Shown here: positions 7,992 through 17,493 of the stretch, one piece after another
Numbering within the stretch: the stretch's first letter is position 1
Layout: every line of letters begins with the position of its first letter
Program-made: the position numbers and the translations under genes
The notes under the pieces: generated by a model
Told to the model about the DNA's origin: nothing
Databases searched by the model: none
What the model saw: only the letters and a program-made list of their open reading frames with translations
From: Gemmatimonadales bacterium
GTDB lineage: Bacteria > Gemmatimonadota > Gemmatimonadetes > Gemmatimonadales > GWC2-71-9
Length of the DNA stretch: 64,000 nt
Direction of reading: 5' to 3'
Assembly: GCA_965249575.1 (NCBI GenBank)
Contig: OZ252244.1
Span: 3,360,001 to 3,424,000, forward strand

Positions 7992-8759
7992 TCAAATCCG
8001 CTCTACCCCCTCTTCCCGGATCCATCCAACACGTCCGTCCTCGAGCACTACCTCAAGCCATTCGTCGCTCTGCTGATCCAGCCGCACCTTCGTGCCCGCG
8101 TGGATCGTAAAAAGGTGGAGGTCGGTATCGTCGGATGGTGCGCTCTGCACGGGTACGGACTCGGCGAGGACGATCCCCTCTGGAGGTTCCCCGACTCCGA
8201 GCTCGCGCACCGCGAGGTTGATGCTGAAAACGAGCGCGATGGCACCGCCCGCCCGCCCCGTCCGAACCGCCCAGCTAGCCGTCGGCGTACCGGGACGGAG
8301 CACCGCAGCGACGAGTGCCACCATCGCCAGCACGTACGCCAACCCGACTGTTCCGATCAACGCCGATCGCGGAAGGAGGTCGACCCACCAGCGCACCACG
8401 GCGAACGGCAAGAACGCAGGACGCGGCGTGATATCGTCGGTCGTCAACGACCGGGCGAGCTCGAGGTTGGCGCGCAGGTCGTCGTCACGGGGCATGAACC
8501 GGCGCGCCCGCTCGTAGCTCAGGATTGCCGGGCCTAGCCGACCCAGCTTGAAGTATGCGTTACCCAGGTTGTAGTAGAGCGTCCCGCCTTCGAATCCCTC
8601 CTCGAGTACCCGCATGTACGCCGTTACGGCTCCCGCAAAGTTCTCCTCCTGATAAAGGCGACTCCCTTCATCAAAGAAGGCCCGTTGTGTTGCAAGGGCG
8701 GGCGCTACGTGGAATGCAAAGGCCAGCAGCGCCCCCGCCAGGACTCGCATGGATTTCAC
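7992..8759 (-). CDS. batE: BatE-like TPR + SH3 domain protein
   Basis: LYYNLGNAYFKLG..AILSYERA..DDDLRANL; C-terminal SH3-like IHAGTKVRL..WLEV..GRVGWI. Real start probably GTG 8759, overlapping the batD stop. Confidence 0.85.
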   Translation of the reverse strand: MKSMRVLAGALLAFAFHVAPALATQRAFFDEGSRLYQEENFAGAVTAYMRVLEEGFEGGTLYYNLGNAYFKLGRLGPAILSYERARRFMPRDDDLRANLELARSLTTDDITPRPAFLPFAVVRWWVDLLPRSALIGTVGLAYVLAMVALVAAVLRPGTPTASWAVRTGRAGGAIALVFSINLAVRELGVGEPPEGIVLAESVPVQSAPSDDTDLHLFTIHAGTKVRLDQQSDEWLEVVLEDGRVGWIREEGVERI

Positions 8760-10561
8760 TTGAGTGCGCGCTCCATTCCCGTCATGGCCTGCTCGGCCCG
8801 AGCAGCGAGGCTCTTCATTCCCTCGAGTGTGACGTCGACGGGTGCGAAGCGGTACCGGTCGCACAGGTCCAGGCACGCGAAGTATTCGTCGACCACATCT
8901 CCCGCTACCCCGCGGGCTTCCATGTCGGTCCGGATGGTCTCCTGCACCATTCCAGCCTCGGACACGTTCAGCTTGTCCCCAAGAAAACCGCGGAGGGCAC
9001 GAGCGACCTGAGCGTGAAAGTCCTTGGCCTGGTCGGGGGCAATGAGTGACCGGGCACTCGTCATGTGCCGGCGAGCCGTCCTGCTTGCCCGACGTCCGCG
9101 AGCGAACGCCACGTCCCCAGCGAGCCGGTCCTGATGCCGGCGTACACCGACCGCCGCGCCGAGCACTGACAGCGGCACCAGCGCGACCAGCCAAAAACCC
9201 GCAGATCCGAACAGCGAGCGATCGCGCCGGATGAAATTCGGTGTCGCTACGCGAATGAAGCGGATATCCTGGCGAAGGGTCGTAACGGCCCCACGCCCCC
9301 CAATCGAGATGAGAGGACCCTCGACCGCATCGCCAGTGACCGATACCGGGATGGCGTCGGCGGCTGCCGTCTCGTACCGTGCGGCATCCGCATCGAAGTA
9401 TCCGAACCGCGCGGCGGGTATGGTGTGCAGACCGGGGACCCGGGGAATCAATACGTATTCGTAGGTTTTCGTTCCACGAATTCCACCGCTTGCGCGATCG
9501 ATGTTCTCTGTCATCTCCGGCGGATAGACCTCAAACGCCTCCGGGAAATCGATAGACGGCTCAGGAAGGGTCTGGACGTTGCCCTCGCCCGATAGCGCCA
9601 GGCGATACGTAAGCGCCTCGTTCGTCCGGACATCATTTTTGTCTAGCAACACGTCCACACGGAGGTCGCCTACGAATCCGGTGAACTCGGCGGGGCGACC
9701 GGTCGAGGGCAGGGACCGCACGGCAACCGGGATCGCCTCGGTCGCGAGGGCAACCGGAACTCGTTGTGCGAAGAACCCACCGGAGAGCACATCGAAGGGA
9801 TCTCGCGAGCGCCGATCGATTCGGACCTGTGCCTCGACCGTGACCGGCGCGATCGTCTTGGTCCCCGCCCCCGTCGGAAACAGCGCCCGGCGGCCGATCA
9901 GAGCCGTGGCGTATTTCCTGCCGTCACGCACCACGTTCTCGACCTGCGGGCGGGCTGGTCCCTCGAGTGCTTCGATCCAGAACCCGGCCGCGCTCGGTGG
10001 GTCGTTCATACGGTAGTCGTCAATCGGGAGCTGCGTGTAGATGCGATACTCGACGATCACCGGTTCGTTGACGTACGCCGTCCGCTTGCTTGGGGTGGCC
10101 GTGACGAAGAGCGCATCCGCGGGAATCTCGATCACCCTGCCGTCGGGGCTCGTCGTGGTCCTGGGTCCCGCCGTCTGAGTCACGGTGAGGTCGACCGGCT
10201 CGGTTAACAGCGTCGTGCCGCTGGCGCTCACGGGGATAGCCGGAACGGTAAACGTGCCGACCTTGGTCGCACGAAAACGATACTGAATAGTGAGAGCCAC
10301 GGTCGTGCGACCGTTGACCGAGCGCATCGAGGTCGTCCGTCCAGAGCCCAGGTAGGCGGCGAAATTACCCAGCGTGGGAGGCTTGGGACCGGTTTCCAGC
10401 TGCTGGGTTCCCGAGATCTCGACGTTCACCACGAACTGATTGTTCACGGCGACTGGCTGCGGAGTGACGGTTGCGGAGACGCTCACACCCTGCGATGCCA
10501 GCGCTCCCGGTGACGCGAGCTGAAAAAAGACGACCACTCCCGCGACCCAACGGGTTACCAT
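8756..10561 (-). CDS. batD: BatD family protein
   Basis: Signal peptide, repeated Ig-like BatD modules (VNGR, YVNEPV, GEGNV, KTYEYVLIPR, DIRFI), C-terminal TM; position in operon. Confidence 0.9.
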   Translation of the reverse strand: MVTRWVAGVVVFFQLASPGALASQGVSVSATVTPQPVAVNNQFVVNVEISGTQQLETGPKPPTLGNFAAYLGSGRTTSMRSVNGRTTVALTIQYRFRATKVGTFTVPAIPVSASGTTLLTEPVDLTVTQTAGPRTTTSPDGRVIEIPADALFVTATPSKRTAYVNEPVIVEYRIYTQLPIDDYRMNDPPSAAGFWIEALEGPARPQVENVVRDGRKYATALIGRRALFPTGAGTKTIAPVTVEAQVRIDRRSRDPFDVLSGGFFAQRVPVALATEAIPVAVRSLPSTGRPAEFTGFVGDLRVDVLLDKNDVRTNEALTYRLALSGEGNVQTLPEPSIDFPEAFEVYPPEMTENIDRASGGIRGTKTYEYVLIPRVPGLHTIPAARFGYFDADAARYETAAADAIPVSVTGDAVEGPLISIGGRGAVTTLRQDIRFIRVATPNFIRRDRSLFGSAGFWLVALVPLSVLGAAVGVRRHQDRLAGDVAFARGRRASRTARRHMTSARSLIAPDQAKDFHAQVARALRGFLGDKLNVSEAGMVQETIRTDMEARGVAGDVVDEYFACLDLCDRYRFAPVDVTLEGMKSLAARAEQAMTGMERALK

Positions 10562-11286
10562 TCTTTGCTCGGCCTCCTCCGGGCGGACGTCGCCTTGCGC
10601 CGCCGTTCGATCTTGCTCGGATCCTCCTGAATGGCCTGGAGCAGCCGTTCCGCTTCTTCCGGTGACATCTGTGCAGGGCGCTCCTGCGGTTGCCTCTCCT
10701 GCTCGCGATTCGACTCATCCTCGTCCGGCTGTGACCGTGGCTGGTCTTGCGTCCGATCCTCGCCCTGATCCTGCTCTTGATCTCCTGACTTCGGCTGAGG
10801 CTGTGAATTGGAGTCCTGGTTCTCCGATTCGTTGTTCTGCTGGTTCTGTTGTCGTTGCTGCTGCTGCTGCTCGATGACGCGCTCGAGATTGTGCTTGGCG
10901 TCGCCGTCATCCGGTTCCAGCCGCAGAGCCTGCTTGAACGCTTCGGCGCCTGCTTGGAGTTCTCGTTGTTTGAAGAGTGCGTTGCCGATGTTGTACCACG
11001 CGCGGGCTTGCATGGCCGAATCACCCGCTTCGACCGCGGCGCGGTACGATTCGACGGCGCTCCGGTAATCCTGTGATTTGTACAGCGCATTCCCGTCGTT
11101 GAACCGGATCAGCTCGGACTCCGGCGCCTCTCTCAGCGCGTCAAGATACTTCTCATGGGCCTCATCGAAGCGTGTCGCGTCATAGAGGCGATTGCCCTCT
11201 TCGACGAGCGCGCGACCCCGTTGGGCCTCCAGCCGCAGGGTCAAGACGGTCATCGCTGTGAGGGCCGCGGCCAGGACCTTCGTCAT
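10555..11286 (-). CDS. batC: BatC-like TPR protein
   Basis: EEGNRLY, YNIGNALF, AKHNLE, Gln-rich linker, MSPEEAERLLQAI, C-terminal KEW. ATG 11286 overlaps the batB stop. Confidence 0.85.
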   Translation of the reverse strand: MTKVLAAALTAMTVLTLRLEAQRGRALVEEGNRLYDATRFDEAHEKYLDALREAPESELIRFNDGNALYKSQDYRSAVESYRAAVEAGDSAMQARAWYNIGNALFKQRELQAGAEAFKQALRLEPDDGDAKHNLERVIEQQQQQRQQNQQNNESENQDSNSQPQPKSGDQEQDQGEDRTQDQPRSQPDEDESNREQERQPQERPAQMSPEEAERLLQAIQEDPSKIERRRKATSARRRPSKEW

Positions 11287-12314
11287 CGCACCCTGCCTGC
11301 CCACGTTTGCCTTACGGTCCTACGGTCCGGAATGAGCATTTCGGCGATCAACAAGAGGAGCCCGAGTCCCACAAAGATCTGAAACTGCTCCTCGAACTGG
11401 GTCACTTCCAGCGACTCGAGCTCCCGGCCGGTCTCGCCGGTCAATTCCTCCACGAGCTCGTCGAGCTCGGACCCGCGTGGCGAGGCGCGATAGTACTGCC
11501 CGCTCGTTTCCTCGACGATTCGAACGAGCGTCGTCTCGTCTAGTACCGAGGTGATCACGTTCCCGCCCTCGTCTCGCATGAATCCAGTGCGGCGGCCGGC
11601 CGCGTCGAACTGCGGAACCGGCACCCCGGCCGGCGTTCCCATGCCTACCGCCAAGATCCGTACCCCCTCGTCCGTCGCGCGTTCGACCGCGTCATCGATC
11701 CCCCCCTCGTGATCCTCTCCATCCGTGATGACGATGAGCGCGCGGTGTTGGTTCGTGCCCGCGTCGAACGCGTCGAGCGCCGTTTGGAGAGCGGCGCCCA
11801 AGTCCGTTCCCTGTACCGACACGATGTCCGGCTCCATCGCGTTCAGGAACAGGAGCGCCGCTGCGTAGTCCAGGGTCAGTGGGCTCTGTACAAACGCCTC
11901 ACCCGCAAACGCGACGAGCCCGACACGATCGCCGTCCAACCGGCGAATCAACGTGGAGACCGTGAACTTCGCTTTCTCCAGCCGATTGGGTGCGATGTCC
12001 TCCGCCAACATCGAGCGGGAAACGTCGATCGCCACGATGACGTCGAGACCCTCGCGCTTCACGGTCTCGACGCGGGTACCGAACTGCGGGCGAGCCAGCG
12101 CGAAAACGAGGAGTCCGAGGACCACCACCACGAGGATGCGCTTGGCGAGGCGCCCGGAGCGGTTGACGGTTGCGGTCAGGCGTTCCATGAGCGCCGAGTC
12201 TCCGAACGCCGCCAGCGTGTGGTCGGTTTGGCGGGCGACGAAGTAAAAGAACAGGGTGGCCGCCGGTACCGAGACCAGGCCAAAGAGGAATTCCGACGCA
12301 CCGAACCGGAACAT
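11283..12314 (-). CDS. batB: BatB VWA-domain protein
   Basis: ALARPQFG, DVSRSM (MIDAS), PNRLEKAK, ITDGEDH. Confidence 0.9.
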   Translation of the reverse strand: MFRFGASEFLFGLVSVPAATLFFYFVARQTDHTLAAFGDSALMERLTATVNRSGRLAKRILVVVVLGLLVFALARPQFGTRVETVKREGLDVIVAIDVSRSMLAEDIAPNRLEKAKFTVSTLIRRLDGDRVGLVAFAGEAFVQSPLTLDYAAALLFLNAMEPDIVSVQGTDLGAALQTALDAFDAGTNQHRALIVITDGEDHEGGIDDAVERATDEGVRILAVGMGTPAGVPVPQFDAAGRRTGFMRDEGGNVITSVLDETTLVRIVEETSGQYYRASPRGSELDELVEELTGETGRELESLEVTQFEEQFQIFVGLGLLLLIAEMLIPDRRTVRQTWAGRVR

Positions 12315-12321
12315 GGCCCCC

Positions 12322-13311
12322 CTACGGAACGCGACGCCACACGGTGTGGGCGGCGACCAGTTCGAGGACGATCAGTCCGAGACCAACGGCGAGTGGTATG
12401 TGAAACAGCTCACCGTAGCGCGTAAAGTGTTCCGCCTCGATCTCGGTGGTCTCCAACTGGTCGATCTCCTCGTAAATTGCCTCCAGGCTCTCACGGTCGG
12501 TCGCGCGGTAGTACTGACCGCCCGTGATGTCGGCCACTTCGCGCAGCACGTCCTCGTCGATGTCGACCCGCATCGGAACCGGGCGCTCGCCGAAGACGGG
12601 GTCGTTGATCCGCACCCGGGCGATACCGCGTGTCCCAGCGCCCACTGTGTAGATCTTGATGTCGAGCGCCTGGGCCATCTGCGCCGCCGTCACCGGATCG
12701 ATCTCACCGCGGTTGTTCCGGCCGTCGGTCAGCAGCACAATGACCCGCGATTCCGCGTTCGAGTCCTGTAGCCGCTTGACCGCGGTCGCGAGCCCCATGC
12801 CGATCGCTGTCCCATCCTCGATCACGCCCGGTGCCAAGTCGCGCAGAATGGTGGTCACAACGTTGTAGTCCAGCGTGAGCGGCGCCTGTGTGAATGCCTC
12901 CCCGGCAAACACGACGAGACCGATACGATCGTTCCGGCGGCCTTGAACGAAATCGGCCGCCACCTGTTTGGTCGCCTCGATGCGGCTCGGCGTCAGATCC
13001 TCAGCGAGCATGGATGTCGACAGGTCGAGGGCCATCACGATATCGATCCCCTGCGTCGTAACCGTTTCTTCGGTCACTCCCGACTGGGGACGGGCGAAGG
13101 CCACGATCAAGACGCCGAGAGCGGCGACACGCGCGACGAATACCAGGTGGCGCCAGCGTGCCGTGTGTCGGATATCGCTTTGCCTGACGATCTCCACCGT
13201 CGAGTACCGAATTGCAGGTTCCCGATGCCGACGGCGCACGTACCAGAGAACCAGGACGGGAACCGCCGTGAGCGGGAGCAAGAACGCGGGATCGGCGAAG
13301 CGGTAGATCAT
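12322..13311 (-). CDS. batA: BatA VWA-domain protein
   Basis: ARPQ, DLSTSM, DGTAIGMGLATAVKRL, LLTDGRNNRG. Confidence 0.92.
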   Translation of the reverse strand: MIYRFADPAFLLPLTAVPVLVLWYVRRRHREPAIRYSTVEIVRQSDIRHTARWRHLVFVARVAALGVLIVAFARPQSGVTEETVTTQGIDIVMALDLSTSMLAEDLTPSRIEATKQVAADFVQGRRNDRIGLVVFAGEAFTQAPLTLDYNVVTTILRDLAPGVIEDGTAIGMGLATAVKRLQDSNAESRVIVLLTDGRNNRGEIDPVTAAQMAQALDIKIYTVGAGTRGIARVRINDPVFGERPVPMRVDIDEDVLREVADITGGQYYRATDRESLEAIYEEIDQLETTEIEAEHFTRYGELFHIPLAVGLGLIVLELVAAHTVWRRVP

Positions 13312-14249
13312 GCTGCGCTGGCTTCGACTAGAGGCGGCGCGGGACGGGTGATCCCCACCCAGTGGCGCGCTGAGGGTACGATGCCACGGCTGGCCGTTGG
13401 GGCCGGCGTGTGCTTGGCGAACTTCACCAGGTCGCAGGACTCGAGGAAGACATGTGCGGACTCGACGATCTCCCGGTCAAGTCCCTCGTCCGCTAGCCGT
13501 CGCACGACGTCATCTGTCACCATCTCCAGAGCGTCGATCCCGAAGCGGCCCGCGACGTAGGTCCGGAAAATGTCGGCCACCCGAATGTAGTGCTCTTTGT
13601 ATTCACCCCGGTCGAGCAGTCTGGCCGTCTCGAGAGTTTCGAGGGCCTCGAGCGCCACCTCGTGAGGTGACCGGGCTGGTACGAAGGGCGCGACCGTCGC
13701 CGGGCGCTCGCGGAGTCGGTGGCGGCGGTACAGCCACCAACCCAGCGCGACGACCAGCAGGGACCCGACCACCCAGGGCCACAGCAGCCACCAGTTCCGC
13801 GGCATCGTCATCGGCCCCTTCACGTCGCGGACGTCCCCGCCCTCGTCGAGGCCGACACTCGCCACGGTGACGGTCCATCCATCGGTTGCGAGGGGCCGTA
13901 CGCTGTCACCCTCGATCGTCACGTCGAAGCTCGGGATCACGAGGTTGCCCAACTCGAACGCAGTCAAAGTCAGTTCGAGCGACGAAGTGATACGGTCTCC
14001 ACTCGTCACCGACTCGCCAACGCGCGCCCCGAGGACCTCGAATGGGGCGATGGCCAGGGAATCGGGCCACACGACTCTTTCAGTTTCTGCGTGCGTTACC
14101 TCGATCGTCAGCCGCAGCCGATCCCCGACCTGGACGACGGCGGTATCGAGGCTAGTGCGAATTGAGGGTCGGCCGGACTGGGCATGCACGCCCGGAGCGC
14201 CCATGCCAATGCCGGCGATCGCCAGTGTCGTCAGCACATGCGATCTCAT
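13308..14249 (-). CDS. Bat-operon membrane protein (signal peptide, Ig-like domain, TM, helical C-terminus)
   Basis: DVRDVKGP before the TM, PHEVALEAL, DLVKFAK; canonical position between DUF58 and batA. Confidence 0.8.
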   Translation of the reverse strand: MRSHVLTTLAIAGIGMGAPGVHAQSGRPSIRTSLDTAVVQVGDRLRLTIEVTHAETERVVWPDSLAIAPFEVLGARVGESVTSGDRITSSLELTLTAFELGNLVIPSFDVTIEGDSVRPLATDGWTVTVASVGLDEGGDVRDVKGPMTMPRNWWLLWPWVVGSLLVVALGWWLYRRHRLRERPATVAPFVPARSPHEVALEALETLETARLLDRGEYKEHYIRVADIFRTYVAGRFGIDALEMVTDDVVRRLADEGLDREIVESAHVFLESCDLVKFAKHTPAPTASRGIVPSARHWVGITRPAPPLVEASAA

Positions 14250-15124
14250 CGAAACCCCTGCTCCCGTTCCTTGAAGAATCGCATGAGCGGTTCGACATAC
14301 GATTCGCCGGTGCGTACCGGAATCACGTCCACCTTGGAGCGCCGGAACGCCCGTGCCCGTTCGGCCCGCGATCGCTCAACTCGCTCTCGAAACGCTCGCT
14401 GAAGCGCCGCGTCGGATGTGTCGATGACGATCTGCTCTCCGGTCTCCGCATCCTGCAGCGCGACCAGGCCGATAGGTGGGAGTGCATCCTCGCGGCGGTC
14501 TCCGACTTCGATCGCGATCACGTCGTGACGGCGTCCCGCCACCGAGAGCGGTCGCTGGTAGCCGGCGGCGATGAAATCCGAAACCAGGAACACCACCGCG
14601 CGGCGCGTGGTGACGCGCGTCAAATACTCTAGCGCTCCGGCGATATCGGTCCCGCGGCCTTCCGGCTGGAAGTATAGCAATTCACGAAGGACGCGTAGGA
14701 CGTGCCGGCGTCCCTTTCGGGGTGGGACGAACTTCTCGATCCGGTCCGTGAAGATGATGAGACCAACTTTGTCGTTGTTCTTGATGGCGCTGAACGCCAG
14801 AGCAGCGCAGATCTCGACGGCTAATTCGCTCTTCGTGCGCTCGAGGCTGCCAAAGTCACCGGACCGGCTGGCGTCGACGACCAGCATGACGGTCAGCTCG
14901 CGCTCCTCGTCGAAGACCTTGACGAAGGGATCGCCCGTCCGGGCGGTGACGTTCCAGTCGATCGACCGGATGTCGTCACCGTATTGGTATTCGCGGACCT
15001 CCGCGAAACTCATCCCCCGGCCCTTGAACACGGAGTGGTACTCGCCGGAGAACACATCGTTGACGAGTCCCCGGGTGGCGATCTCGATTCGTCGCACTTT
15101 CTGGAGGATCTCGCGTGGTATCAT
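14246..15124 (-). CDS. DUF58 domain protein
   Basis: GEYHSVFKGRGMSFAEVREYQYGDDIRSIDWNVTAR. Confidence 0.95.
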   Translation of the reverse strand: MIPREILQKVRRIEIATRGLVNDVFSGEYHSVFKGRGMSFAEVREYQYGDDIRSIDWNVTARTGDPFVKVFDEERELTVMLVVDASRSGDFGSLERTKSELAVEICAALAFSAIKNNDKVGLIIFTDRIEKFVPPRKGRRHVLRVLRELLYFQPEGRGTDIAGALEYLTRVTTRRAVVFLVSDFIAAGYQRPLSVAGRRHDVIAIEVGDRREDALPPIGLVALQDAETGEQIVIDTSDAALQRAFRERVERSRAERARAFRRSKVDVIPVRTGESYVEPLMRFFKEREQGFR

Positions 15125-15134
15125 CGCACGCCCC

Positions 15135-16124
15135 CTAGGGGACCTCGATGTTGTCGAGGACCTGAGACACCACGTCCTCGGACGTCCGCTCTTCCGCTTC
15201 GGCCTCGTACGTGATCAGCACCCGGTGCCGCAGGACATCCATCGCGATCGTCCGCACGTCTTCCGGCGTCACGTACCCGCGTCGCTTGAGGAATGCCTGG
15301 GCGCGAGCTGCCTTGGCAAGGTTGATGGTCGCGCGCGGAGACGCCCCGAACGCGATGAGATCACCGAGCTCCGCGAGTCCGTACGCGTGCGGTTCCCGTG
15401 TCGCAAAAACCAGGTTGACAATGTATTCCTCGACCTGCGGGTCCATATAGATGCTCTGGACCGCCTTCCGGGCGCTCATAATGTCGTCGGCGTGCACAAC
15501 GGTCTTGACCTCTGGTTCCGGACCGGCCGCCATACGCCGCATGATTTCCAGTTCTTCGTCCTTCTGTGGGTAACCGACAGAGAGCTTCAGCATGAAGCGG
15601 TCGACCTGCGCTTCGGGTAGTGGATAGGTCCCCTCCTGCTCGATCGGGTTCTGCGTGGCGAGGACGAGAAACGGGGAATCGAGCTGGTAGGTCGTGTCGC
15701 CGATCGTGACCGAGCGCTCCTGCATGGCTTCCAGGAGGGCGGACTGTACTTTTGCGGGCGACCGGTTGATCTCGTCCGCGAGGATCACGTTCGCGAATAT
15801 CGGCCCCTTGTGGGTCTTGAATTCCGACTCTCGCGGGTCGTAAACCAGGGTGCCGACGAGGTCGGCCGGCAGCAGATCCGGCGTGAATTGCACGCGTCGG
15901 AACGTCGTATCGATCGACCGGGCGAGCGTGCGGACCGTCATCGTTTTGGCGAGGCCGGGGACGCCCTCCATGAGCACGTGCCCATCGGCCAACAAGCCAA
16001 TGAGCAATCGCTCGATCATGTACCGCTGGCCGACGATCACGCGGCCAATTTCGTCGAGGAGTCGATCGACGAACGCGCTTTCCTCGCGGATCTTCTGCTG
16101 GATGGCTTCAATGTCTCGATGCAT
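15135..16124 (-). CDS. moxR: MoxR-family AAA+ ATPase
   Basis: EGVPGLAKT, QFTPDLLPAD, LADEINR, ATQNPIEQEGTYPLPEAQVDRF. Confidence 0.96.
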   Translation of the reverse strand: MHRDIEAIQQKIREESAFVDRLLDEIGRVIVGQRYMIERLLIGLLADGHVLMEGVPGLAKTMTVRTLARSIDTTFRRVQFTPDLLPADLVGTLVYDPRESEFKTHKGPIFANVILADEINRSPAKVQSALLEAMQERSVTIGDTTYQLDSPFLVLATQNPIEQEGTYPLPEAQVDRFMLKLSVGYPQKDEELEIMRRMAAGPEPEVKTVVHADDIMSARKAVQSIYMDPQVEEYIVNLVFATREPHAYGLAELGDLIAFGASPRATINLAKAARAQAFLKRRGYVTPEDVRTIAMDVLRHRVLITYEAEAEERTSEDVVSQVLDNIEVP

Positions 16125-16361
16125 CGTGAGTGCGAACTCTCAGAGGTTCGAGGGTGGGCCCGCCCGGACGTGGCCGGTGGGGGCCCATGGCCGCCCGGCC
16201 GGGCGGCCTCCACTAGGCTCGACCTAAGATAAGAATGATGAACCGGTCGGGGGAATCGTCGCGCGGCTGGACTTCCGGCGGTCTGGCGGCCCAGTGGCCG
16301 CGCCTGCACTTTGTCGTGCGCAGCGCGCCGTCGATCACCCGCCGCCGAAACCGAGGTCAAC

Positions 16362-16532
16362 ATGCAATACCTGTCGGAACGGCTTGACGCAGAGATCCGG
16401 TGGCGCCTCGTCCTGGTTGGAGGGATGGCCAACATCCGGTTCAAGTGGATTGCGGTGGCGGTGGTGGGCGGCAGGGAACTGGCGAAGAGAGTCGGCTTGG
16501 CCTTTGGGATCTTCCTGGCGGTGGTGCGTTGA
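16362..16532 (+). pseudogene. Probable C-terminal remnant of a DUF4010/MgtC-type membrane protein
   Basis: RLDAEIRWRLVLVGGMANIRFKWIAVAVVGGRELAKRVGLAFG resembles the DUF4010 C-terminal helices (from recall only). Confidence 0.35.
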
Positions 16533-16580
16533 TCCTTGGGGCGTGGCCGTAGTCATGCGTTCCCTTCCAGGGAGGAAACC

Positions 16581-17081
16581 GTGACGCCGATCCTCCACCG
16601 ATCGAAACCCTGGCACGGACGTTTCGTGGTTCCGCGATTGGTTCTGTCGCTGACTGTCGCCGCGTGCCCGCTCACGGTCCACGCCCAATCCCCGGCTCCC
16701 ACTGAGGCAGGTGCGGTCGGACTCACCGAGTGGCGACCGATGCCGGTCGTGCCGGGCGCGGCGATCATGTTCCTGGTCGGTAATCCGGGGAAGCACGAGA
16801 TGTTTGTGGCACGCGTGCGTTACCCCGAGGGAAGTCCCGTCATCCCTCCACACTGGCACAACACGACGTATAACCTGACCGTGCTGCGGGGGACCCTCGT
16901 CATCGGTATGGGTGACAGTATCGACTCGACCGCCGTGCAGAGGCTCGGACCGGGGAGCTTCTTGGTGCTCGAGGGTGGGATGAACCACTATGAGTGGTTC
17001 GAGGGCAAGATGGAGATGCAGATTGCCGGCGTCGGTCCGTTACGAACCGTCTTCCCGAACTCGGATGACTCTCGGCGATGA
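16581..17081 (+). CDS. Exported cupin-domain protein (DUF4437-like)
   Basis: GGAGG RBS before GTG 16581; signal peptide; IPPHWH..LTVLRGTL..GMG..LGPGSF..MNHY. Confidence 0.8.
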   Translation: MTPILHRSKPWHGRFVVPRLVLSLTVAACPLTVHAQSPAPTEAGAVGLTEWRPMPVVPGAAIMFLVGNPGKHEMFVARVRYPEGSPVIPPHWHNTTYNLTVLRGTLVIGMGDSIDSTAVQRLGPGSFLVLEGGMNHYEWFEGKMEMQIAGVGPLRTVFPNSDDSRR

Positions 17082-17115
17082 CTAGGTTCGGGTTCTTCTT
17101 GGAGCGGGTGAGCAC

Positions 17116-17486
17116 GGGCTCCCGGGACATCACTGGACCAGCCCATTTCCATGGCCACCCCGCTTGTCCACAAGGGAGCGACCGCCGGTGCCAAGGTTCA
17201 AGCGATGACCATCGTGGACTTCCTGGTGCAACCCGATTTGATCGCAGAGGCTTGGGATTACTTCGAGAACGTTCAGACGAAGGCTATCGAGTACGCGCCG
17301 CTCATTCGTCCCGCCGATCGGCCCGCTATCGAACTGAACAAGGACATTATGGCCGAATTCCGGCCAGCGATGCGCGAGTTCTACTACGACCCGGCGCGAT
17401 ATGATACCTACCTCGACCAACTTGGCGTGAGCTATCCTACGATCGGTGGCTGCGCCGAGCGCTGTGTGGGTCGGGATGTGATTTGA
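17116..17486 (+). pseudogene. C-terminal remnant of an AbgB-like M20 amidohydrolase
   Basis: GLPGHHW [frameshift] MATPLVHKGATAGAKVQAMT...YYDPARYDTYLDQLGVSYPT; only the last ~120 codons are present. Confidence 0.7.
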
Positions 17487-17493
17487 CGCCTGG

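Noticed and set aside
10660..10875. CTG/TTG low-complexity repeat
   Set aside because: It is the normal Gln-rich linker of BatC.
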